A stretch of DNA of 64,000 nt from Pseudomonadota bacterium (GCA_043821645.1 JBDRCO010000052.1:97442-161441), one strand, 5' to 3'; counted from the first letter of the stretch, positions 8,512 through 19,400 are shown. The notes: generated by a model from the sequence alone, not told the origin. Translations and numbers: made by a program.

Positions 8512-10188
8512 ATGTCAGAACGTCAGACCCTGCTCGAGTACGCTTACCACTGGGAGAAGACCACGCCGCAGCAGGTGTACCTGACCCAGCCGCTGGGGGG
8601 CAGCGCCAGCAACGTGCGGGACTATACCTGGGCGCAGGTCATGGACCAGGCGCGGCGCATGGCGAGCTACCTCAAGGGTCTCGGGTTGCCCGCGGCCAGC
8701 CACATCGCCATCTGCAGCAAGAACTGCGCGCACTGGGTCATGGCCGATCTGGCGATCTGGATGGCCGGCCACGTCACCATCCCCGTGTACCCGATCCTGA
8801 CCGAGGACACCACGCGCCACATCCTGTCGCACTCCGAGGCCAAGCTGCTGTTCGTGGGCAAGCTCGACCCGGTGTGGGACCAGCAGATGAAGGCCGGTGT
8901 GCCCGAGGGCGTGCGCCAGGTCGCCTTCCCGCTGGCACCCAAGAGTGACCTCGACACGTGGGACGCTATCGTGGCCGGGCAGCAGCCGCTCAAGGATCCT
9001 GTCGCGCGCAGCGCCGACGAGACCGCCACCATCATCTACACCTCGGGCAGCACCGGCGTGCCCAAGGGCGCCATGATCACGTTCGGCGGCATGCTCAAGT
9101 GCTGCTTTGGCATCGACCGGGTCATCCACGTGCACCCCGGTGACCGCTACCTGAGCTACCTCCCCGTGGCCCATGCCATGGAGCGCTGGATCGGCGAATG
9201 CATGACCATCTACGGCGGCTACCACGTCTTCTACGCCAACAGCCTGGACAGCTTTGTGCAGGACCTGCAGCGCGCGCGGCCGACGCTCTTCTTGTCGGTG
9301 CCGCGGCTGTGGCTCAAGTTCCAGCGCGGCGTGTTCGAGAAGATGCCGCCCGCAAGGCTCGACCTGCTGCTGCGCATCCCCGTGCTCTCCGGCATCGTGC
9401 GCAAGAAAATCCTGGGCAAGCTGGGGCTGGATCAGGTGCGCTTCGCCGGCTCCGGTTCGGCGCCCATCCCCAAGGAGATCATCAGCTGGTACCGGCGCCT
9501 GGGCCTCGAGCTGCTCGAGGGCTACGGCATGACCGAGAACTTCAACTACTCGCATTTGACCAAGCCTGGCCAGGTGCGCGCAGGCTTCATCGGAACGCCC
9601 TATCACGATGTGGACTGCCGCCTGGCCGAGGACGGAGAGGTGCAGATGAAGGGGCCGGGCCTCATGACCGGCTACTACAAGCTGCCCGAGGAGACCCGCG
9701 AGACCTTCACCGAGGACGGCTACCTGCGCACCGGCGACCGCGGCGAGCTCGACGAGATAGGCCGCCTCAAGATCACGGGCCGCACCAAGGAGATCTTCAA
9801 GACCAGCAAGGGCAAGTACGTGGCCCCCGCGCCCCTCGAGAACAAGCTGGTCAACCATCCCTACGCCGAGATGTGCTGCGTCAGTGGGTCCGGGTTCCCG
9901 CAGCCCCATGCCGTGTTCATGCTCTCGGATATCGGGCGCAATGCCGTGCGTGACACCAGTCGCGAGCAGGTGGCCGGTGAACTCAAGACGCACGTGGACA
10001 AGCTCAACGCCGGTCTCGACCCCCACGAGCGCCTGCAGTTCGTGGCCGTGGTCAGGGATAGCTGGATGCCAGAGAATGGCTTCTTGACCCCCACCATGAA
10101 GATCCGCCGTGCCTTTGTCGAGGATGCCTACAAGCCCTATAACGAGAAGTGGTATGCCCAGAAGGACCTCATCGTCTGGCACGACTGA
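8512..10188 (+). CDS. AMP-dependent long-chain acyl-CoA synthetase
   Basis: IIYTSGSTGVPKG, SYLPVAH, EGYGMTE, TGDRG, ITGRTKEIFKTSKGKYVAP, LTPTMK. Confidence 0.93.
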   Translation: MSERQTLLEYAYHWEKTTPQQVYLTQPLGGSASNVRDYTWAQVMDQARRMASYLKGLGLPAASHIAICSKNCAHWVMADLAIWMAGHVTIPVYPILTEDTTRHILSHSEAKLLFVGKLDPVWDQQMKAGVPEGVRQVAFPLAPKSDLDTWDAIVAGQQPLKDPVARSADETATIIYTSGSTGVPKGAMITFGGMLKCCFGIDRVIHVHPGDRYLSYLPVAHAMERWIGECMTIYGGYHVFYANSLDSFVQDLQRARPTLFLSVPRLWLKFQRGVFEKMPPARLDLLLRIPVLSGIVRKKILGKLGLDQVRFAGSGSAPIPKEIISWYRRLGLELLEGYGMTENFNYSHLTKPGQVRAGFIGTPYHDVDCRLAEDGEVQMKGPGLMTGYYKLPEETRETFTEDGYLRTGDRGELDEIGRLKITGRTKEIFKTSKGKYVAPAPLENKLVNHPYAEMCCVSGSGFPQPHAVFMLSDIGRNAVRDTSREQVAGELKTHVDKLNAGLDPHERLQFVAVVRDSWMPENGFLTPTMKIRRAFVEDAYKPYNEKWYAQKDLIVWHD

Positions 10189-10339
10189 GCTTCGCCTGCT
10201 CGTCCATCCAGGGCTTGCGACGCCGCCCAGCACAGGCACGCAGACAGCTTCCCGCGCCACAGGCATACTGTCTGTTTGCTGACAATGGCGCTGGGTGTTT
10301 ACTTAAATACTTAATATTAACGAACGACTAGCCAACTAG

Positions 10340-10353
10340 ACTGACGTGTCAGT
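10340..10353. promoter_or_regulatory. Palindromic candidate TetR operator ACTGAC-GT-GTCAGT
   Basis: Perfect 6-bp inverted repeat just downstream of an AT-rich tract (10298-10320, including the palindrome TTAATATTAA) and 63 nt before an operon whose last gene is a TetR regulator. Confidence 0.6.
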
Positions 10354-10416
10354 TTTGCTTGCCTGCAGGGCCTGGCTGCTGCTACTGATCCCCTCATTCG
10401 ATTCGCGGGGAGTGTC

Positions 10417-12246
10417 ATGACAAGTAGTACGCAGCAGTACCGGCTCAAGCCGGAGCGGCCTTTTGTTCGCAGCGAGCGCGAGAGTGTGACCGTGCTCTCG
10501 GGAGGTCTCACCCTGGCCCACGAGCGCCTGGTGCAGGCGGGGCTGCGCGCCCTTGGCTACCACAGCACCATGCTGCCCAACCCCGACCTCGAAAGTTATG
10601 GGCTGGGCCGCGAACACTGCTCCAACGGGCTGTGCAACCCCTCCTACTTCACCATAGGCAATCTGCTGAAGTATCTGCGGCAGGTGCAGGCCGAGCAGGG
10701 GCTGAGCGCACAGCAGGTCTGCGATCGCTACGTGATGTACACGGCCGGATCCTACGGTCCCTGCCGCTTCGGCATGTACGAAAGCGAGTATCGCCTGGCC
10801 TTAGAGAGTGCGGGCTTCAAGGACTTCAGGGTGGTCGTGTTCCAGCAGTCGAGTGGCCTGGTGCAATCGCACTCGGACACTGGCCTGGACCTCGACGCGC
10901 TGTTCTTCATGGTGCACATCAAGGCCTTCTTGCTGGGCGATGTGGTCAACGAGCTGTACCACGCGATCAAACCCTACGAGCTGGAGCCTGGCGCCGCGGA
11001 CCGCGCCCGAGTGCGCGCCCTCGACGAGCTGGAGTCCGCCATGGCGGCTCCCCCGACCTCGCGCAGCCGCGCCCTGGTCGAGCAGCTGCTGGGCCTGCCG
11101 CTGGCGCAGGGCGAGCGCGCGAGTCACCTGCTGCGCTGGGCCCAGGCCCTGATCCTGGTCGCCGAGCAGGTCCGTGGCGACGAGCCGGCAGCAACCCTGC
11201 AGCGCGCGGCGCGGCACTTCGATCAGGTGCAGTGTGATCGTTTGCGGGTCAAGCCCGTGGTCAAGATCACCGGTGAGTTCTGGGCCCAGACCACCGAGTC
11301 TGACGGCAACTTCAACATGCTGCGCGTGCTCGAGGAGAGTGGCGCCGAGGTCATCGCCGAGCCCATCGGTACCTGGATGGACTACCTGCTCAACCTGGGC
11401 CGCGAGCGCCTGCGCGGGCACGACGCGGTGCCCTCGCCGACCGCCCGAGGCCGCCTGCAGCGCGCCCTGTCGTCGGGGTTCAGCCGGGCGCGCGTGCCCC
11501 TGCAGCGGGGGCTGTTGCGCGCCGTGTCTCGCCTGGTCGAGCGCGAGTACGACCGGCTGTGCCACGCCACCAACGATGTGGTGATGCCCCTGGTCGACCA
11601 GGACGAGCTCATGGAGCTGTCGCGGCCGTTCTACGACCCGCGGCTGTACGGTGGCGAGGGTCACCTCGAGGTGGGCAAGACCATCCACTACAGCCAGGAT
11701 CGGATGGCCCACATGGTGATGTCGCTCAAGCCCTTTGGCTGCATGCCGTCGACCCAGTCCGACGGTGCGCAACCCGCGGTGCTGGCGGCCTACCCCGACA
11801 TCCTCTTCCTGCCCGTCGAGACCTCGTCGGATGGCGAGGGACCCGCGCTGTCGCGCGTGCAGATGATGCTCGCCGAGGCCCGCGCCCGTGCCCGCATCGA
11901 GTGGCAGCAGCTGCTCGAGGCCCAGGGTGTCGACGAGGAAGTGCTGCGCGCCTACGTCGACCAGCACCCGGAGTTGCGGCGCGGTCTGTGGCCCCTGGAC
12001 AGACACCATGGCCCGGCCACCACCGCGGTGCGCTTCGCCGGGGTGGTGCTCAAGCGGATGCGGGCCGAGGGCTGGACCGCGGATGCCCCGCGCGGGTCTG
12101 AGGATCCTGTCGAGGATCTGTCGACGCGGGCGCGGGGCGTGCCGAACGCCCCTGTAAAAGGTGCTGCCCGGGTGAAGCCGGTCGAGACTCCGTCTCGGCT
12201 GGCGAGGGGCGTGCCGAACGCCCCTGTGGAAGGCGGTGCCGCATGA
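10417..12246 (+). CDS. 2-hydroxyacyl-CoA dehydratase D-component-like Fe-S protein (PlsR-like)
   Basis: CNPSYFT.GN, GPCRFGMY, VKITGEFW and PFGCMP motifs; overlaps the activase gene (ATGA). Confidence 0.75.
   Translation: MTSSTQQYRLKPERPFVRSERESVTVLSGGLTLAHERLVQAGLRALGYHSTMLPNPDLESYGLGREHCSNGLCNPSYFTIGNLLKYLRQVQAEQGLSAQQVCDRYVMYTAGSYGPCRFGMYESEYRLALESAGFKDFRVVVFQQSSGLVQSHSDTGLDLDALFFMVHIKAFLLGDVVNELYHAIKPYELEPGAADRARVRALDELESAMAAPPTSRSRALVEQLLGLPLAQGERASHLLRWAQALILVAEQVRGDEPAATLQRAARHFDQVQCDRLRVKPVVKITGEFWAQTTESDGNFNMLRVLEESGAEVIAEPIGTWMDYLLNLGRERLRGHDAVPSPTARGRLQRALSSGFSRARVPLQRGLLRAVSRLVEREYDRLCHATNDVVMPLVDQDELMELSRPFYDPRLYGGEGHLEVGKTIHYSQDRMAHMVMSLKPFGCMPSTQSDGAQPAVLAAYPDILFLPVETSSDGEGPALSRVQMMLAEARARARIEWQQLLEAQGVDEEVLRAYVDQHPELRRGLWPLDRHHGPATTAVRFAGVVLKRMRAEGWTADAPRGSEDPVEDLSTRARGVPNAPVKGAARVKPVETPSRLARGVPNAPVEGGAA
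12134..12227. repeat. Two copies of the palindromic unit GGGGCGTGCCGAACGCCCCTGT (REP-like), 72 nt apart, inside a CDS
   Basis: Identical 22-mers at 12134-12155 and 12206-12227, each a GGGGCGT/ACGCCCC hairpin; both encode (R)GVPNAPV. Confidence 0.75.
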
Positions 12247-15200
12247 ACGCCGAGCGCGCGCGCCTCTGCGTGGGGCTGGATATCGGCTCGACCACGGTCA
12301 AGACCGTCGTCGTCGAACGTGCATCGCGTCAGATCCTGTGGCGGGACTACAGGCGTCACGAGGCCCGGCAGCTCGACGTGGCTGCCGACATGATCGAGAG
12401 GCTGTGTGCCGAGATCGGCGCTCGCCCTGGCCACGACCAGCTCTTTGTCACCGGCAGCGGCGCCCAGGTCATCGCCGAGGCTGCCGGGGTCCCGCTTGTG
12501 CACGAGGTCAACGCGGTGGTGGCGGCGGCGCGATCCCTGTATCCGAGCTGTCGCAGCATCATCGAGCTGGGCGGACAGGACGCCAAGATCATCGTATTCC
12601 GCGAGAATGGCGACGAGCTCCGCCGGCACGCCTCGATGAACGACAAGTGCGCGGGCGGCACCGGATCGGTCATCGACAAGCTGGGCATGAAGCTCGGATT
12701 CGACGAGGCGGGTCTGAGCCAGGCGCACCACGCGGGTCTGCGTATCCATCCCGTGGCTGCCAAGTGCGGGGTGTTTGCCGAGACGGATCTGATCGGCCTG
12801 CAAAAGCAGGGCGTGCCCGAGGACGAGCTGCTGGCGTCACTGTTCGACGCCATCGTGATGCAGAACCTGGCCGTGCTGACCCGCGGCTTCACCTTGCTGC
12901 CGGATGTGCTGCTGGTGGGTGGCCCCCACGCCTTCATCCCGGGCATGGTCGAGGCCTGGCGCGAGGCCATCCCGCGCACCTGGAGTGAACGCGAGGTCGG
13001 GATCGCCGGGGACACGGCGGCGCAACACATCCTGGTCCCGGATGGCGCACACGATTTCGCGGCCCTGGGCGCCATCCTGGCGGGCCTCGAGGACGGCGTC
13101 AGCGGAGCCCTTCTCACGCCCACGGCCATGCGGCGCCTGGTCGAGACCCAGCGCCAGGTCGCGCGTACCCAGTACCTGGGTGAGCCCCTGGTCGTCGACG
13201 ACGCCGAGCTGAAGGCCTTTCATGCGGCCTATGCCACGCCGCGCTTCGAGACCGCGCGCCTGGCCCCGGGCGAGACCGTGCGCGCCTACCTCGGCATCGA
13301 TGGCGGTTCGACCAGCACCAAGGCGGTGCTCATGGCCGAGGACGGATCCGTGCTGGCCAAGTGCTATCGCCTGTCCTGCGGCAACCCCATCGTCGACGTC
13401 AAGAAGCTCGCTCACAGCCTGTGTGACGACATCGGCGCCCAGGGTGCTCGGCTCGAGATCCTGGGCTGCGCCACCACCGGCTACGCCAAGGACATCCTGC
13501 ACGACGCACTGAAGGCCGACGTCGCCCTGGTCGAGACCGTGGCGCACGCCAAGAGCGCCATCGCGCTGTTCGGTCCGGACATCGACGTCATCTGCGACGT
13601 CGGGGGTCAGGACATCAAGCTGATCTTCCTGCGCGACGGGAATGTGGTCGACTTCCGGCTCAACACGCAGTGTTCCGCTGGCAACGGCTACTTCTTGCAG
13701 GGCACGGCCATCGCCTTTGGCCTGCCGGTGGAGCAGTACGCGGAGCATGCCTTTGCCGCCCGGGTGGCGCCGCGCTTCAGCTATGGCTGCGCCGTGTTCC
13801 TGCAGACCGACATCGCCGACTTCCAGCGCCGCGGCTTTTCCCGGGACGAGATCCTGGCCGGGCTGTGCCGGGTGCTGCCCCGGAACATCTGGCTTTACAT
13901 TGCCAAGATGCCCAACCTGGCACGCCTGGGACGGCGCTTCGTGCTGCAGGGGGGGACCCAGTACAACCTGGCGGCGGTCAAGGCCCAGGTCGATTACATC
14001 GTCGAGCGCTTCGAGGGCAGTGGCTCCAGCCCCGACGTGCGGGTGCACCCCCACGCCGGCGAGGGGGGTGCCATTGGTGCGGCTCTCGAGGCCCAGCGCC
14101 TGGTCGAGGCAGGCCACCGCAGCACCTTCATAGGTCTCGACGCTCTGGCTAACCTCGAGCTGCAGGTCACCCGCGACGAGACCACCCGCTGTGGTTTCTG
14201 CAACAACAACTGCATGCGCACCTTTGTCGACGTGGACGAGGGCCCGGCGGCAGAACTCGCGGAGCATCTTGGCGACCTGGCCCATGCCACCAGGCGGCTC
14301 ATTGTCGCTCCCTGCGAGACCGGCATGGCGGCCAGTGCCGAGGCCATGAAGGCGGTCAACGCCCAGGTCAAGGCGGTCAAGCATGCCACCCCGAACCTGG
14401 TGGCGGAGCAGGCCCGCGACGCCTTCAAGCCCAGCGGATTGGGGCCGGTGGCCTCGGACCTGGTTCGCGTGCGCGGTCATCGCTGGGCACGGCACGTCGA
14501 GAAACTGTTGCCTGCCGCGGCCCTGCAGCGGGACAGGCTGCGCATCGGCATCCCGCGGGTCATGTCGAACTACTCGCTGGCGCCGTTCTGGCGCGCGTAC
14601 TTCGAGAGCCTGGGTGTGCTCCCGGATCACCTCGTGTTCTCGCCACCCACGTCGGAGAAGCTGTTCAAGGACGGCACCACCCGCGGCGCCATCGATCCCT
14701 GCTTCCCGAGCAAGCTGGCCCAGGCCCACGTCCACCACCTGCTGTACCGGACGCATACACGGCAGCCTCTGGATGCGATCTTTTTTCCCATGGTCGACGC
14801 CCTGCCGACCTTTCTCGAGGACACCGAGCGGGCCTGTGCCTGCCCCACCACCACCTCGACCCCGACCACCGTGCGCGCCGCCTTTTGCACCGAGCGCGAT
14901 GTGTTCGCCGAACTCGGCGTGCCCTTGCTGTCGCCCCTGCTGGCCATGGATCACCCGGACCTCGTCGAGCTCGAGCTGTTCCAGTCCCTGGCTGGCCTGC
15001 TCGGGTTGCGCCGGGGCGAGAACCGGCGCGCGGTGCAGCGTGCCTTCGACCATCTGCAGCACCACGACCTGAGGTGCCGTGAGCGCGGATTGCAGGTGAT
15101 CCGAGAACTCGAGCGCACCGGCCAGGTCGGCATCGTCGTGCTGTCGCGGCCCTACCACGCGGACCCCGGCGTCAACCACGGCATCGTCGACGAACTGCAG

Positions 15201-15662
15201 AAGCGCGGCTACGCGGTGCTGGCCACGGACAGTCTGCCCTTGCACGACCCGGAGCTGCTCGCGCGGGTCTTCGCCGACGACCCGGCGCATGCCCTGCGCG
15301 TCAGCGACGTGTGGAAGAACAGCTTCTCCGAGAACACCAATCGCAAGCTGTGGGCTGCCAAGTTCGTGGCGCGCCACCCCAACCTGGTGGCCCTGGAGCT
15401 GTCGTCGTTCAAGTGCGGGCACGACGCCGCGGTCAACACGGTGGTCGAGAAGATCCTGGGCCACAGTGGCACACCGCACTTCGCCTTCAAGGAGATCGAC
15501 GAGAACCGTCCCGCCGGCGCCATCAAGATCCGGGTCGAGACCATCGCCTACTTCCTGGAGCGCTACAGGCAGCGCTTGCAGGGGCACGAGGGTCGGGTGG
15601 ACCTCGGATTGCGTCCGTCGGCGCCGCGTCCGCTGGCTCGGGGCCAGGAGGTGCAGCCATGA
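12243..15662 (+). CDS. Tandem BadF/BadG/BcrA/BcrD ATPase (activase) domains plus DUF2229-type domain (PlsA-like)
   Basis: Domain 1 GLDIGSTTVK/ELGGQDAK/MNDKCAGGTG/KCGVFAETD; domain 2 GIDGGSTSTK/DVGGQDIK/NTQCSAGNG/GCAVF; CGFCNNNC; IGIPR, CFPSK, RPYH, SFKCGHD, IDEN. Confidence 0.88.
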   Translation: MNAERARLCVGLDIGSTTVKTVVVERASRQILWRDYRRHEARQLDVAADMIERLCAEIGARPGHDQLFVTGSGAQVIAEAAGVPLVHEVNAVVAAARSLYPSCRSIIELGGQDAKIIVFRENGDELRRHASMNDKCAGGTGSVIDKLGMKLGFDEAGLSQAHHAGLRIHPVAAKCGVFAETDLIGLQKQGVPEDELLASLFDAIVMQNLAVLTRGFTLLPDVLLVGGPHAFIPGMVEAWREAIPRTWSEREVGIAGDTAAQHILVPDGAHDFAALGAILAGLEDGVSGALLTPTAMRRLVETQRQVARTQYLGEPLVVDDAELKAFHAAYATPRFETARLAPGETVRAYLGIDGGSTSTKAVLMAEDGSVLAKCYRLSCGNPIVDVKKLAHSLCDDIGAQGARLEILGCATTGYAKDILHDALKADVALVETVAHAKSAIALFGPDIDVICDVGGQDIKLIFLRDGNVVDFRLNTQCSAGNGYFLQGTAIAFGLPVEQYAEHAFAARVAPRFSYGCAVFLQTDIADFQRRGFSRDEILAGLCRVLPRNIWLYIAKMPNLARLGRRFVLQGGTQYNLAAVKAQVDYIVERFEGSGSSPDVRVHPHAGEGGAIGAALEAQRLVEAGHRSTFIGLDALANLELQVTRDETTRCGFCNNNCMRTFVDVDEGPAAELAEHLGDLAHATRRLIVAPCETGMAASAEAMKAVNAQVKAVKHATPNLVAEQARDAFKPSGLGPVASDLVRVRGHRWARHVEKLLPAAALQRDRLRIGIPRVMSNYSLAPFWRAYFESLGVLPDHLVFSPPTSEKLFKDGTTRGAIDPCFPSKLAQAHVHHLLYRTHTRQPLDAIFFPMVDALPTFLEDTERACACPTTTSTPTTVRAAFCTERDVFAELGVPLLSPLLAMDHPDLVELELFQSLAGLLGLRRGENRRAVQRAFDHLQHHDLRCRERGLQVIRELERTGQVGIVVLSRPYHADPGVNHGIVDELQKRGYAVLATDSLPLHDPELLARVFADDPAHALRVSDVWKNSFSENTNRKLWAAKFVARHPNLVALELSSFKCGHDAAVNTVVEKILGHSGTPHFAFKEIDENRPAGAIKIRVETIAYFLERYRQRLQGHEGRVDLGLRPSAPRPLARGQEVQP

Positions 15663-16279
15663 AGGCCCCGGAGCGTCGAGCCCAGGTGCTGGCAGTGGCC
15701 CGGGACGTGTTCGCCGAGCGCGGCTACCACGCGGCGCGCATCGACGACATCGTGGAGCGCGCGCGCATCGCCCGCGGGACCTTCTACCTGTACTTCGAGG
15801 ACAAGCGCGCGGTGTTCAGCGAGCTCCTCGACGACCTGACCCGGCGCCTGCGTCAGGCGGTCCGCCGCGTCGACCTGGCCAGCGCAGAGTCTCCGGAGCA
15901 GCAGCTGCGTGAGAACGTGCGGCGGGTGCTGGTGATCCTGCTCGAGGAACGCGCCCTCACCAAGATCCTGATCTCGGATGCCGTGGGGCTGGACCCTGGT
16001 TTCGACGAGAAACTGCACGCCTTTTACGACCACATCGCCGTGATCATCGAGGGCAGTCTGGCCGAGGGTGAGCGCCTTGGCCTGGTGCGTCCTCAGCACC
16101 GCCAGATCGCGGCCTGCGCCGTCATCGGATCGATCAAGGAGCTGTGCTATCGCAGCATCTTCGGGCGCCTCTACATTTCCGTGGACGAGGCCCTGGATGC
16201 GTTGTTCGAGCTGCACGGCCGGGCTCTGCTGGCGGGCCCTCTGGCCAGTGCGCTGGACCCCCCAGGGCCACTTGCCTGA
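15659..16279 (+). CDS. TetR/AcrR family transcriptional regulator
   Basis: ERRAQVLAVARDVFAERGYHAARIDDIVERARIARGTFYLYFEDK HTH; ATG overlaps the upstream stop. Confidence 0.95.
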   Translation: MKAPERRAQVLAVARDVFAERGYHAARIDDIVERARIARGTFYLYFEDKRAVFSELLDDLTRRLRQAVRRVDLASAESPEQQLRENVRRVLVILLEERALTKILISDAVGLDPGFDEKLHAFYDHIAVIIEGSLAEGERLGLVRPQHRQIAACAVIGSIKELCYRSIFGRLYISVDEALDALFELHGRALLAGPLASALDPPGPLA

Positions 16280-16323
16280 ACCGCAAGGCGCGCGAAAGCA
16301 CACAGACTTTTTTTTATCGGCCG

Positions 16324-16353
16324 TTGACTCGGGCGGCGATTCGCACTACCAAT
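16324..16353 (+). promoter_or_regulatory. Candidate sigma70-type promoter for the TSP3/TBDT operon
   Basis: TTGACT-17 nt-TACCAA(T), preceded by a T-tract (about 16308-16316) that could be an UP element. Confidence 0.4.
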
Positions 16354-16417
16354 CTGCGACCCTGACCACCGTCATTTCTCGGCGAGGCTCCTGCTCGCCC
16401 CGTTTGGAGGACATGAG

Positions 16418-19400
16418 ATGGGTGCACTACACCGTCGTCTGACCGTGAAGCCGCTTGGCCGTCTGCTGTTGGCAGGGCTGGTCGTGCTTGTTCTGGGGGC
16501 CTGCGAGACCTCGGGCTGCATCCCAGGCTCGGTGGACCCGACCGGCGTCGAGCTCACCGGTACCGTACGTGTCCCGGCGGCGCTCAACCCGCTACTGCCC
16601 GGCGAGGCCGCGCAGGGGCCGACCATCCCCGAGGTCGAGCCCAACGACTACGACGCGCCCGTGGGCAGGCCGACCTACCAGGACATCGGCGCCGTCGAGA
16701 CGGACGGCCCGTCCACCACGGTGACGGGCTCGATGAGCGGCAGCGACCTGCGCGACCGCTTTGTGTTCACCCTGACCAAGACCGGCTCGGTGACCATCTG
16801 GTACCAGCACACCTGCGACAGTGGTCTCAACAACCTGTGGTTCGCCAAGGGCACAGACCTGGCCGACGACTACTCCAACGTCATCACCATCGAGCAGATC
16901 GCTGGCAAGAACGACGGCGAGGACGCCATCAAGATCAGCGCCGTGCTCAAGGCCGGCGAGCAGTACCTGATCCACAACCGCTACATGGCCGAACAAGAGT
17001 GCGGCTACAAGATCCTGCTCGCCGCACAGGGCGGCACCATCTTGGGCAACGTCTACATCGGCGCCTTTGCCAACGACGCGCCCTACATCATCGACGACCG
17101 CTGGGCCAACAGCCAGCTCGACGGCGAGAAGTCCCGCCAACCCGTCGCGGGCACCCAGGCAGGCCACTTCGAGTTTGACGCCAGCGGTGACCTGGTCGGG
17201 ACCTTCAAGGGCATCTTTGTACAGCCCGATCAGGACTACTACCTCTTTGCCTACGCAGACAACGACGGCAGCAACTCCGCCGGCAACGCAGGCCTCAACT
17301 TCACCATCAACGGCCCACCCTCTGCGGCGGACTTCATCATGCCGTCAGCCCTCAAGATCCGGGTCAAGACGGACATGGATCCCCTGGCCCTGGTCGTCGA
17401 CCGAGCCGTCACAGACTCCGATTTCGACGGGCTCCCCGATGCCGACATCAACGGTGATGGCCTGGGCGACGACAACTGCCCCACCGACTACAACCCTGAT
17501 CAGAATGACCGGGATGGCGACAAGGTCGGTGATGTCTGCGACAACTGCCCCGACGTGTTCAACTGGGACCAGACCAACACCGACGGTGCGGGCAAGGGCG
17601 ACGCTTGCAACGACAACGCCAACGCCATGTGCCCCTTCGTCGACAATCGTGAGCTGGCAAGCTGCCCCAGTGACACCGACGGCGACGAGATCGACGACGG
17701 CTACCTGGTGTGCCCGGACGAGAAGCGCATCTGCGATCCAGCCAAGCTGATCGTCATGGCCCTGGATAACTGCCCCAGCGTGGCCAACCCCGACCAGAGC
17801 GACAACGAGGGCGATGCCTTCGACGACAAGGGGGCCCTGCGCACGGGTGCGGACCGCGGTGGCGACGCCTGCGACGATGACGACGACAATGACGGCAAGA
17901 AGGACGATGCGGACAACTGCCCGCTGCTCGGCAACGCGGATCAGAAGGACGGCGACCAGGATACGGTCGGCGACGTCTGCGACAACTGCCTCGAGGTCGC
18001 CAATACCAACCAGAGTGATATCAACGGCGACGGCGTCGGCGACGCCTGCACCATCGACGACGACGGTGATGGCGCCTGCGATCCCGGCAGCACGCCGGAC
18101 GGGACCTGCGAGGGTGTGGACAACTGCCCCACGGTTGAGAACGCGGATCAGCTGGACAGCGACGGCGATGGCGTGGGGGATGCGTGCGACCTCTGCCCCG
18201 AGAACTGGAACGCGGCGCAGAGTGGTACCGCCGAGGACAGCGACGGCGACGGCGTGGGCACCCTGTGTGACAATTGCCCGGATCTCGCCAATCCAGACCA
18301 GGCGGATCAGGACAGCGACGATATTGGCGACCTGTGCGACGCCGACGCCGACGGTGACGGCGTGGACGACACCATCGACAACTGCCCCGCAGTTCCCAAT
18401 CCTCGCCCGGCCTGCGAGACCGAGCAGGACTGCGCAGGGGCCGGCCTGAGCTGCGGTTCCGATGGTTTTTGTACACAGCAGAAGAACTCGGACCCCGACG
18501 CCCTGGGCGACGCCTGCGACAACTGCCCGTTCAGCGACAACCCCCAGCAAGCAGACCGCGACGGCGATGGCGTGGGCGATGCCTGCGACGTGTGCCCCTG
18601 GGTCGAGGACCCCAAGCCGGCCTGCGACCCCGCGGGCAACGACGACAGTGGTGTCAACCCCGAGTGCGAGGGTGCCGGGGGCGTGTGCCAGCTCGATCCC
18701 TTCGACCCGGCGGCCGGCACCTGCCGCAGCCAGCCGGATACCGACCGCGACCGTACAGGCAACGCCTGTGATCCGGACGATGACGGTGATGAGGTCTGCG
18801 ATCCCGGAGTCATCAACGCAGCGGTGTGCCAGGGCAGCGACAACTGCCCCTCGGAGCGCAATCCCGACCAGGCTGACGGCGATGTCGACGGCGTGGGTGA
18901 CGTCTGTGATGCAGACACGGACCGCGATGCGGACGGCGTGCCCAATCCCCAGGATAACTGCCCTGGCGACGAGAATCCCAACCAGGAGGACAGCGACGCC
19001 GATGGCGTCGGTGATGCCTGCGACAACTGCCCGACGCGGGTCAATGCGCCTCCGTCCTGCGTCGTCGCGGCCGATTGCGGTGCTTACGGCGGCGTGTGCG
19101 AGTTCTCCCGCTGCATCAGCCAGGCGGATGCGGACGGCGACGGCGTCGGCGATCTGTGCGACCTCTGCATCAATGACGAGGATGCGGACCAGACCGATAC
19201 CGATGGCGATCACATCGGCGACGCCTGCGATACCGACGATGACAATGACGGTATCGTGGACGGCCAGGACAATTGCCCGCTGCGTGCCAATGCAAGCCAG
19301 GTAGACGCCGATCGCGACAACATCGGCGACGTCTGTGACAACTGCCTCGGCCTGTACAACCCGGCCCAGGCGGACCACGACAGCGACGGGATAGGCAACG

